DNA from: a phage
Reading direction: 5' to 3' (one strand)
DNA: 64,000 bases
Sequence record: PZ445526.1
Positions within the stretch are counted from its first letter, which is position 1, and every line of letters begins with the position of its first letter. The position numbers and the translations under genes were made by a program. Below, one piece after another: positions 34,052 through 44,171 of the stretch. Under the pieces are notes generated by a model. The model worked only from the letters and a program-made list of their open reading frames with translations, searched no databases and had not been told where the DNA came from.

Positions 34052-34080
34052 ATACTATCACAAAGGAACCATACTGTAAA
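34052..34080 (-). promoter_or_regulatory. Sigma70-like early promoter (-35 TTTACA, 17 bp, -10 TAGTAT)
   Basis: Minus-strand GTTTACA...17 nt...TAGTAT upstream of the 110-aa ORF. Confidence 0.4.
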
Positions 34081-34110
34081 CAACTTTATGCAATCTTTGG
34101 AAAATAAAAA

Positions 34111-34130
34111 AGGACTCCCGAAGGAGTCCT
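34111..34130 (-). terminator. Stem-loop downstream of the lysine-rich ORF
   Basis: AGGACTCC-CGAA-GGAGTCCT followed on the transcript by a U-run. Confidence 0.6.
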
Positions 34131-34134
34131 CAAC

Positions 34135-34353
34135 TTATGCTTTCTGCTTACCAAAACGAGAAGCATCATCTCGAAGAACCGCACGTGCTCGACACATGAT
34201 CTTCTCAACAGTTTGATTGATACGAGAGTTCGACCCACGCTTGTAGCCAGCGCGTTTAGAATCACCAACTTTCTTTTCAACTGCTTTCTTTGCTTTAGCT
34301 TGTTTTGCCATTATAAATTCTCTTTTAAATGAAAATGCAGGACTTATTGACAT
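34135..34353 (-). CDS. Hypothetical small lysine-rich protein
   Basis: 72-aa ORF (alternative internal ATG would give 58 aa); hairpin immediately downstream. Confidence 0.5.
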   Translation of the reverse strand: MSISPAFSFKREFIMAKQAKAKKAVEKKVGDSKRAGYKRGSNSRINQTVEKIMCRARAVLRDDASRFGKQKA

Positions 34354-34599
34354 TGCCTGCGCAAGCCCTCAAGGGGAACATAGGTTTTGAATATTTACCG
34401 ACAGGATAACCATAAACCTCGTCATCATACCACCAAGACTTACACAGATAACACTTTTCTGACGCATGATAGTAACATTCAAGAGGTACACCATAAAACT
34501 GCCGGGGTCTTAAAACTATAATGATTCGCAAATCATTAATCAGACAGTTCGATGGCTCCTCGATTTTAGCTCACACTAAGGCAGTGAATCTCCAATAAA

Positions 34600-34848
34600 T
34601 TACTTCAGTGTTACCACAAAGTGACGAACTGCTTTTCGTGCAGCAGAAGCCAAAGGCTTAGCATATTTAAGTTCATCTTTTTCCTGAAGCTCAGCAGCTA
34701 ATGCAGTTTGAGCAGGATTCAGATGTTTGAAATAACGCAGGATTTCAAGAGCTTCGGCTTCAACATCAATAGATGCGCCATAGTTTTCGTGACCACTATT
34801 CCATGCGTTTCGTTGCAGTTCAAGAGCGTGTTGTAATTGTTTAATCAT
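34600..34848 (-). CDS. rIII: RIII lysis inhibition accessory protein
   Basis: 82-aa ORF MIKQLQHALELQRNAWNSGHENYGASIDVEAEALEI...; T4 rIII size and sequence as recalled. Confidence 0.9.
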   Translation of the reverse strand: MIKQLQHALELQRNAWNSGHENYGASIDVEAEALEILRYFKHLNPAQTALAAELQEKDELKYAKPLASAARKAVRHFVVTLK

Positions 34849-34987
34849 TTAAAAATTCTCGTTAGAGATTAAAACTCGGTAGTCACGTTCTTCTGAATTT
34901 CATCTTCTTTCGACAGATCTCTCAGTTGTAGACTACCACATAGAATTGTTCGGTTGACTTATTATTCCGACACCCAATTCATATTAT

Positions 34988-34995
34988 TATTTATA
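34988..34995 (-). promoter_or_regulatory. Candidate late promoter (minus strand) upstream of rIII
   Basis: Plus-strand TATTTATA immediately after the gene 31 stop, about 140 nt before rIII. Confidence 0.35.
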
Positions 34996-35331
34996 TCACT
35001 TATAAAGACACGGAATAGCTTTATAGTGACAAGTAACGAATTTTTGTTTAATTTCTTTTGGCTGCTTAAGACCCAGAGCTACAAAAGGATGCGGAACATT
35101 TCGAATTTGACCAACTGGAAGAGAAGTCAAATCACCAACTTCGCAGAAACCTTCAGGAACATCAGGACCAACAGAGTGAACTACACACAGTTCAGGAACT
35201 TCACCTTGAACACGTTTACCGATAATAAGTCCTGATTCTGTGACTTCTTCATCACCAGCTTGTGCAGGTTCAGAAACTAAAATAACATATTCACCGACAG
35301 CACGAATTGGTAGCTGTTGTACTTCAGACAT
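34996..35331 (-). CDS. 31: Gp31 co-chaperonin (GroES-like)
   Basis: 111-aa [25 protein letters not shown]...; T4 gp31 size and sequence as recalled. Confidence 0.93.
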
Positions 35332-35387
35332 CGTTTTTCCTTTTTGTTAACAGATGAATTAATAATAACAAATAATTCTTAAAGCAT

Positions 35388-35696
35388 TTATTTACCAATA
35401 AATTGGAGCAAATGCTCAACTTTCATACCATTAACGGAAATCAATTTGTCAATAGAAAAACCTCGCCATGCACCAAGCTCAACATCAAACACTGGAATCA
35501 TGTCAGTAGATTCTTTCCGAGTAGATTCAGTCAATTTACCAGTTTGCATGGTTGGCATAAAGTCTGCATCACGAGTACCTTTCATAGTACGAATAGTACC
35601 ATCAGACTTTTCAAAAACTACGTTTGAAACACCCATGGACAGTTTAGTTTTCAAAATTTCACGAATTGCTACTTTCTGCTCAGTTGTCAGTTTCAT
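35388..35696 (-). CDS. Hypothetical protein
   Basis: 102-aa ORF with ATG start between gene 31 and cd. Confidence 0.6.
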   Translation of the reverse strand: MKLTTEQKVAIREILKTKLSMGVSNVVFEKSDGTIRTMKGTRDADFMPTMQTGKLTESTRKESTDMIPVFDVELGAWRGFSIDKLISVNGMKVEHLLQFIGK

Positions 35697-35933
35697 TTAT
35701 TTACCTATTACAGTTTTAATATGAGTTGTTCCACGTTCTTTAAGGGTGGAAAGTAATTTTTGGCATTTTTCTAAATCAGATTTCCAACTATATGGTCTAT
35801 CAATACTAGTCCAATCAGTTTTATAATACTGTTTCCATTTAGAGAAAAAATATTTCTTATACTCTACAGCAAATGAGATGTTCTCGTTAGAATAAGAACT
35901 AATTGCTGTGAGCTTTACCAAACGAAATTTCAT
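35697..35933 (-). CDS. Hypothetical protein
   Basis: 78-aa ORF, ATG start, abuts cd. Confidence 0.55.
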   Translation of the reverse strand: MKFRLVKLTAISSYSNENISFAVEYKKYFFSKWKQYYKTDWTSIDRPYSWKSDLEKCQKLLSTLKERGTTHIKTVIGK

Positions 35934-36514
35934 TATTCACCACAGAATTCGTTGATATTTTCCCAGTTTAACTTATTCAAGTTTTTCTTAGGAACATTAA
36001 ACACTTCAATACCTGCATTTCGCAGAATATCATCCCAGCCAGGTTTATTTTTATCGTATGTTTCACAATAAACCAGCTTTTTAATACCAGATTGAGCTAT
36101 CGCTTTTGCACAATCTGGACAGGGAGAAAGTGTTACATACATAGTAGCACCTTCAATAGAAGAACCATTTCGTGCAGCAAACAAAATTGCATTTAGTTCA
36201 GCATGAATTTCATTTTTAGATGACCATTCCGAGTGAGCACTACGATGTTCTTTCGCCAAAACAAAACGATCAGTTGAACCAAATGATACGCATTCAGGCT
36301 TATGACCTTGAATGATAGTATGTTTAGGCTTATTCAACAACCAACCTTGCTCAGCAGCATAATCACAACAGTTCACACCCCCTGCGGGTGAACCATTATA
36401 CCCAGTAGAAATAATACGTCCATTCTTTTCAATTACTGCTCCTACCTTCCAGGAGCAACATTTTGATTCCTGCGATACTAAATATGCAATTTGAAGTACT
36501 GTACTCGCTTTCAT
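35933..36514 (-). CDS. cd: dCMP deaminase
   Basis: 193-aa ORF with cytidine/deoxycytidylate deaminase zinc motifs HAE...PCPDC; T4 Cd size. Confidence 0.92.
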   Translation of the reverse strand: MKASTVLQIAYLVSQESKCCSWKVGAVIEKNGRIISTGYNGSPAGGVNCCDYAAEQGWLLNKPKHTIIQGHKPECVSFGSTDRFVLAKEHRSAHSEWSSKNEIHAELNAILFAARNGSSIEGATMYVTLSPCPDCAKAIAQSGIKKLVYCETYDKNKPGWDDILRNAGIEVFNVPKKNLNKLNWENINEFCGE

Positions 36515-36849
36515 TTCATAATCACCAGATAAGCAGATTTAGCAGTTTCAACACGATAAATTTCGTGACGAAGTTTAGTTATACTTTTAATAACAGAACT
36601 AATTATATTCTGCCCATCTTTAAAGCGGTTTTTCTTATCAATAAAAACTGCTCCAGTCATCTTTTTGTGAAGCTCAACCGGATACTTCGTCACAATAATA
36701 GCATCATACGCAGAAGGATGAATACTATTCACCAGAGTATCATTCATTAAAGTTATTCTAATGAACTGTGCTGTTTCAGAATCAAGCGCTCTATGATCGC
36801 CAGTATCATTTTCAAGACAATTATCAATTATATCAGTTAAATTCATCAT
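36511..36849 (-). CDS. Hypothetical protein
   Basis: 112-aa ORF, ATGA overlap with cd. Confidence 0.6.
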   Translation of the reverse strand: MMNLTDIIDNCLENDTGDHRALDSETAQFIRITLMNDTLVNSIHPSAYDAIIVTKYPVELHKKMTGAVFIDKKNRFKDGQNIISSVIKSITKLRHEIYRVETAKSAYLVIMK

Positions 36850-37085
36850 AGTACGCCATATACCCTTTGTGCTTCAACTAATCCATCAAAATCCAGTTTA
36901 AGATGCGATATTTGATCGCCATCACCTGGATTCACAATTACTAATACTGAACGAGGAGTTTCGGTAATAACACGAACCGATGTTTCAGGAAATCGTTCAG
37001 AAACCTTATTTACTAATTCCTGTGCAAATAGTTTAACTTTTTCTTGGAATTCTTTAACAGTAATCGGTTTTTCACTTAGTAGCAT
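36846..37085 (-). CDS. Hypothetical protein
   Basis: 79-aa ORF in overlapping array. Confidence 0.55.
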   Translation of the reverse strand: MLLSEKPITVKEFQEKVKLFAQELVNKVSERFPETSVRVITETPRSVLVIVNPGDGDQISHLKLDFDGLVEAQRVYGVL

Positions 37086-37606
37086 GTTGATCCCAGCTCC
37101 TTACTTTCAACGTTTTTAACTAATTTGACAGAAACTAATTCAGCATCTTGAGTAATCATTACCGGACCTTCTTCATACTCTTCAAGATATTCTAGAGCTT
37201 TCTTTTTAGCTTCTTCCTTCGTATCAGTTTGAGCATAGATATAAAACATACAACCAGTAATACCTACTACTTTCCACTTAATTTCTTTATCAGTTTTAAT
37301 TTCAAATTTACTGACGGAATCATCTTTTTGAACTTCTTCGAAAAAATAATATTCTGACATATAAGCAATTGAAAATAACGGGCTGTCTTTATAGCATTCA
37401 CCCATTACATCAACAGCTTTATACCAGCAATCGTCAATTTCACGTTTAATGCTAATAACATTCTTTGCAGGGTCAATTTTTACTTTAAATGAATTTTCAT
37501 CAATAAACTGGACGATTCGTTTATTAGCCCCGCAAGTTTCATTAAAAATATCTTTATATCCAGTTTTAAAGCGATAAACCTTATCTTCTTCAAACCATTT
37601 GCTCAT
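37076..37606 (-). CDS. Hypothetical protein
   Basis: 176-aa ORF with ATG start. Confidence 0.6.
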   Translation of the reverse strand: MSKWFEEDKVYRFKTGYKDIFNETCGANKRIVQFIDENSFKVKIDPAKNVISIKREIDDCWYKAVDVMGECYKDSPLFSIAYMSEYYFFEEVQKDDSVSKFEIKTDKEIKWKVVGITGCMFYIYAQTDTKEEAKKKALEYLEEYEEGPVMITQDAELVSVKLVKNVESKELGSTCY

Positions 37607-37667
37607 TTCAATTTCCTCGTTTGTTTGGTAGAGCTATAATATCACAACTCTACCGTAAAGTAAACCA

Positions 37668-37943
37668 CTAAATTGCTTTGAATTCTGCTGTCTGCGATTC
37701 AAAACGAATGTCGCCTTTGATAACTAGCTCAGCATCAAGACCGAATACAACAATGATATGCGCGGAACCTGGATACAGCGTAATGGCAATAGAATCCACC
37801 TGGTCTGGAAGCAAAGTGTTCAATACATGAGTCACTTGAGCATGAATTCGAAGCTCGGCTGCGTTATCAAGTTTTTCAAACATATTATTAGCGATAATTT
37901 GGCTAAACACTACTTCTACGATTTTAGAATAAGTTGGAAACAT
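37668..37943 (-). CDS. Hypothetical protein
   Basis: 91-aa ORF with ATG start. Confidence 0.55.
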   Translation of the reverse strand: MFPTYSKIVEVVFSQIIANNMFEKLDNAAELRIHAQVTHVLNTLLPDQVDSIAITLYPGSAHIIVVFGLDAELVIKGDIRFESQTAEFKAI

Positions 37944-38007
37944 ATTTACCTCACATAATTTTCTTCAAGCCAATTAATAATATCCCAAGTTTTATGATGC
38001 AAAGCCA

Positions 38008-39211
<1,204 letters not shown>

Positions 39212-39215
<4 letters not shown>

Positions 39216-39442
39216 TTATTTTTCTCAACCAATGATTGAATATAATCATGCAGGTCTTTAGATGCTTTGCCCCACTTATTTTGATATTCATTTTTAAGAT
39301 TAGCACGTGATTGAGCTAATAAAACATCATTAGTTGGAGGTAAAGATTCTAACCGCTGAATCTGGCGTCCATAAATCATTGCAGCCATCTCGGATTCATA
39401 AATCAATCCTTTGAGATGTTCAAATTGATGCCATGAAATCAT
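39212..39442 (-). CDS. Hypothetical protein
   Basis: 76-aa ORF in the overlapping pseT-alc array. Confidence 0.55.
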
Positions 39443-39738
39443 TTACATTTATCCTCTTTTAGCTCTTGACGATAATAACATATCATAGTTTTCTGATCAT
39501 GTACATATCGTTTTACATCATTAAGCCAAATACGAAATTCCTGAGAATCTTCAAATGGCATACCGACCCAAGCTTTACCATCGATAACTTTAACTTGCCA
39601 AGATAGTTTAGCTTCGTCATATGACTTTATTTGTACAGGCCAATTAGGATGAACTGTTTCTTTCTTTACTTCTAGAGGCTTTGTAGAACAACCAACTAGA
39701 AGACCAATAGATAATATTACTGCTGATAGTTTAATCAT
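39439..39738 (-). CDS. pseT.2: Outer-membrane lipoprotein, putative o-spanin
   Basis: 99-aa ORF with signal peptide and lipobox MIKLSAVILSIGLLVGC; C-terminal Cys residues; immediately downstream of, and overlapping, a membrane-anchored coiled-coil ORF. Confidence 0.75.
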   Translation of the reverse strand: MIKLSAVILSIGLLVGCSTKPLEVKKETVHPNWPVQIKSYDEAKLSWQVKVIDGKAWVGMPFEDSQEFRIWLNDVKRYVHDQKTMICYYRQELKEDKCK

Positions 39739-40088
39739 TTAGAAAGGTCCTGGATGTCTTCTGCGAACTTGTTGAAGGAGTTGTTGATTTGTTTTTCAAC
39801 CAATCCTGGCTTATGAGCCACCACATCCGCCTTCTTTGCATCTTTGCGCAGTTTTTCATTTTCACGCTCAATAGCAGCAATTGCCTCACGATTTTTAGTA
39901 TTCATCGCATCAATATAATTATACTGAATTCGCAAATTATTTAATGCTAAAGCGTTTTCATTGGCCGTTTTTGTAATTTCTACAACAGACGTTTCTAATC
40001 TTTCAATTTTATTTTTTAAAATTAAAGAAGTTCCGCCTAATGCAATTACAATTAATAGCAAACCTGCTGTCGTATTACTTAATTGCAT
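39735..40088 (-). CDS. pseT.3: Inner-membrane anchored coiled-coil protein, putative i-spanin
   Basis: 117-aa ORF with N-terminal TMD LLLIVIALGGTSLIL followed by coiled-coil-like periplasmic region; ATGA overlap with lipoprotein gene. Confidence 0.75.
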   Translation of the reverse strand: MQLSNTTAGLLLIVIALGGTSLILKNKIERLETSVVEITKTANENALALNNLRIQYNYIDAMNTKNREAIAAIERENEKLRKDAKKADVVAHKPGLVEKQINNSFNKFAEDIQDLSK

Positions 40089-40585
40089 AAAGTTTTAATA
40101 ACCTCTATAATATCGTCTTGAGAAAGACCGTTAATTAAAATATGATGTTCAGCTGGAGATTTAGAAATTTTAAAGCATGCCGCAACATCTTCTGCCATAT
40201 CTGATGCACTACGATTTGGATTACTAATTCCAAGACGATGCTTTCCAGTCAAAGGATTGACGATGATATAGCATTTGCAGCTATTGATATGAACATTAGG
40301 TTGAGTCTGATTAATGAATACTTCGCACTCATACTTAGCGAGTTGATTTTCTAAAAAGACTTTCATTTCCTCAACCGCATCAGGAAGCATATCACGGGCT
40401 TGCTCAAGACGACGATTTCGATATTCTTTAATGGTCGTTTTCCGCTTGACTTGCTTAGCTAAATCTTTCTTAAGATCGGTGATATATCCAACTCGACGAT
40501 TTCCTTTAAATACAGAAATCCCATCCGTAGTATCACCGTATGCTTCAACGACCATTTCAGTAGTAATAAGCTGTAAATCCATCAT
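40079..40585 (-). CDS. alc: Alc-like protein (host transcription shutoff) by position and size
   Basis: 168-aa ORF between the spanin pair and rnlA, matching T4 alc location and length; early promoter upstream. Confidence 0.7.
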   Translation of the reverse strand: MMDLQLITTEMVVEAYGDTTDGISVFKGNRRVGYITDLKKDLAKQVKRKTTIKEYRNRRLEQARDMLPDAVEEMKVFLENQLAKYECEVFINQTQPNVHINSCKCYIIVNPLTGKHRLGISNPNRSASDMAEDVAACFKISKSPAEHHILINGLSQDDIIEVIKTLCN

Positions 40586-40613
40586 AAAGTCCTCATGTTA
40601 TGTCAGTAAGACT

Positions 40614-40642
40614 ACTGTAACACAACATGAGGGACTTGTAAA
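40614..40642 (-). promoter_or_regulatory. Sigma70-like early promoter (-35 TTTACA, 17 bp, -10 TACAGT) upstream of alc
   Basis: About 50/53 nt identical to the element at 25056-25108; -35 lies 4 nt after the rnlA stop codon. Confidence 0.55.
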
Positions 40643-40646
40643 CAGC

Positions 40647-42234
<1,588 letters not shown>

Positions 42235-42241
42235 AATAAAA

Positions 42242-42263
42242 TGGGCCTTGCGGCCCACTCCTT
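42242..42263 (-). promoter_or_regulatory. Split ribosome binding site of denA: SD + 16-nt hairpin + start codon
   Basis: mRNA sense: UAAGGAG | UGGGCC GCAA GGCCCA | UUUUAUU AUG; SD and AUG are 23 nt apart unless the hairpin forms. Confidence 0.5.
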
Positions 42264-43440
42264 AAAAATATTTTTTAAAACTCATCATAACTTTATCATC
42301 AACATCATTATCAATCTGTGCAACAAGGTAAGATGACAGTTCTACTTCTTGTGGCGCGGATTGAACATTATCAGAATTAAGATATTCACGAATCCAAGGA
42401 TATGGATGTTTAACCGGAGCATCGGTAATTGGGCATGGAAGACCACACTGTTTCATACGAGATACAGTTAAGTAATCAATAAAGCTCCACATGCTATTTG
42501 TATTTAATCCAGGAACATCGCCATCTTTAAATAAATGAACTGCCCAATCTTTTTCTTGGCGGTTAACTTCCATGAAAATATCAACTGCTTCTTGTTCACA
42601 CTCTTGAGCAATTTTAACCCATTCATCGCCATCAGTGCCAAGTTGAAGTTGACGAATAATATATTGGGTGCCTTTAAGGTGAAGCTGCTCATCACGTGCA
42701 ATGAACTTCATAATCTTGGCATTACCTTCCATGATTTCCATGTTCTTATGGAAGTTAAAGGTACATGCGAAAGATACATAAAAACGAATAGCTTCCAATG
42801 CGTTGATTACATGCAAACAGAGGTAAAGAGATTTCATTAGCTCATGCTTCCAATATGTCTCATGCTCAATAGCATCTTCAATAACGTCTTCGTCTGCATT
42901 AATTTCTTTTTGGTATTCGATATCAGCTTTAGCGTTTTCCCAATAACGAGTTTTAATCAGAACATCATCATAATAACGTCCAATGGATTCAGCACGTTTC
43001 ATAATAGCTTCATCTAATACAATTTCATCAAATACCTTCGATGGATCAGTATAAAGATTTCGCATGATATGAGTATATGAACGACTGTGAATAGTTTCAC
43101 TAAAAGTCCATGTAGCAACCCATGTATCAAGGCTTGGGTCTGAAATTAATGACATAAGTACAGCAGACGGCGCACGACCCTGAATGCTATCCAAAAGTGA
43201 TTGATACTTCAGATTATTAGTAAAAATATTTTGCTGATACTGAGGAAGCTTATTAAACTGTGCAGCATCCATCATCAAGTTTACTTCTTCAGGACGCCAG
43301 AAAAATGATAATTGCTTTTCGGTTAAATCTTCAAATACTCGATGCCGTTGAATATCATAACGCGCAATACCAAGACCTGAACCAAAAAACATGGGTTCTT
43401 TTAAAACATCAACTGGATTTGTATTAAAAACTGTAGACAT
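42262..43440 (-). CDS. nrdB: Ribonucleotide reductase small subunit NrdB (uninterrupted)
   Basis: Continuous ORF; first plausible start MSTVFNTNPVDVLKEPMFF at 43440 (392 aa); no intron-like interruption. Confidence 0.9.
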   Translation of the reverse strand: MSTVFNTNPVDVLKEPMFFGSGLGIARYDIQRHRVFEDLTEKQLSFFWRPEEVNLMMDAAQFNKLPQYQQNIFTNNLKYQSLLDSIQGRAPSAVLMSLISDPSLDTWVATWTFSETIHSRSYTHIMRNLYTDPSKVFDEIVLDEAIMKRAESIGRYYDDVLIKTRYWENAKADIEYQKEINADEDVIEDAIEHETYWKHELMKSLYLCLHVINALEAIRFYVSFACTFNFHKNMEIMEGNAKIMKFIARDEQLHLKGTQYIIRQLQLGTDGDEWVKIAQECEQEAVDIFMEVNRQEKDWAVHLFKDGDVPGLNTNSMWSFIDYLTVSRMKQCGLPCPITDAPVKHPYPWIREYLNSDNVQSAPQEVELSSYLVAQIDNDVDDKVMMSFKKYF

Positions 43441-44171
43441 TAATTTTTCCTCTTTAAAATTCTGCCGCGTTTCCAACCTGGCGGTATAATATCATCTTTA
43501 CCTATAAGCGTGCATTCACTTCCATTATTAATCCATTTCTTACCGCGGATTCCTTTATAATCTCTTGGTTGTATTTTGTCAAACTTTGCATCAAGTTGAT
43601 ATGCCCATCTAAATCCATAGGCATATTGAAATTTACCCTCAGCACAATATTTGATATTTGACCCGTTTCCATTAACTGACCTGGACGCTGCTGCAATAGA
43701 GTGAAAGGTTTCTATGAAATCCCCATCTAATGAGAATTTATGTATTTCGATAGATGGGCATGCATACCTATTCACGTTTGATACATGTCGTTTAGTTTCG
43801 TTTTTATGATGCTTGCCTAACATTCCTCTAGGATGAGGATTATTTTTCCAATATTTCTTAAAGAAATCAGAATTAGCTTTAGCAAATAATTTTCTGTGCA
43901 AGCTATACAATCTGTTATTAATTCTATTACCAGCTTTATCTGTTGCCATTAACGTTAACGCAGAGGCAAGCCCAAAATGGCCTTCATTTATCTTACATAG
44001 TAATAGATGCGCTATAAAATGTTCTCTAGCTGTTAATTCAACTAAATTTTCTTTATCATCAGAACCTCCCATGCATTTAGGGACTATATGATGTGTCTCT
44101 TTATATTCGGATAAAGGTTCCCGAGCCTGAGCTCGGGAAATTAGGTCGTTATAGATTTTTTGATAATTCAT
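43440..44171 (-). CDS. mobE: Free-standing HNH homing endonuclease (MobE-like)
   Basis: 243-aa ORF with HNH motif HHIVPKCMGGSDDKENLVELTAREH and C-terminal GFRWAY-type DNA-binding repeat; inserted exactly between nrdA and nrdB. Confidence 0.8.
   Translation of the reverse strand: MNYQKIYNDLISRAQAREPLSEYKETHHIVPKCMGGSDDKENLVELTAREHFIAHLLLCKINEGHFGLASALTLMATDKAGNRINNRLYSLHRKLFAKANSDFFKKYWKNNPHPRGMLGKHHKNETKRHVSNVNRYACPSIEIHKFSLDGDFIETFHSIAAASRSVNGNGSNIKYCAEGKFQYAYGFRWAYQLDAKFDKIQPRDYKGIRGKKWINNGSECTLIGKDDIIPPGWKRGRILKRKN
43440..44171 (-). mobile_element. Homing-endonuclease cassette in the nrdA-nrdB junction
   Basis: Single HNH gene with 1-nt stop/start overlaps on both sides; free-standing HEG architecture typical of T-even phages. 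Confidence 0.6.

Noticed and set aside
34325-34531. 68-aa Cys-rich ORF as a gene
   Set aside because: Requires a TTG start, overlaps the downstream gene by 29 nt and lacks an SD; kept only as a note under the non-coding-gap finding.
42262-43476. Longer 404-aa nrdB reading frame and possible nrdB intron
   Set aside because: The extra 12 N-terminal codons lie inside the HNH gene; the ATG at 43440 gives the expected N-terminus. The frame is continuous, so there is no evidence of a group I intron.
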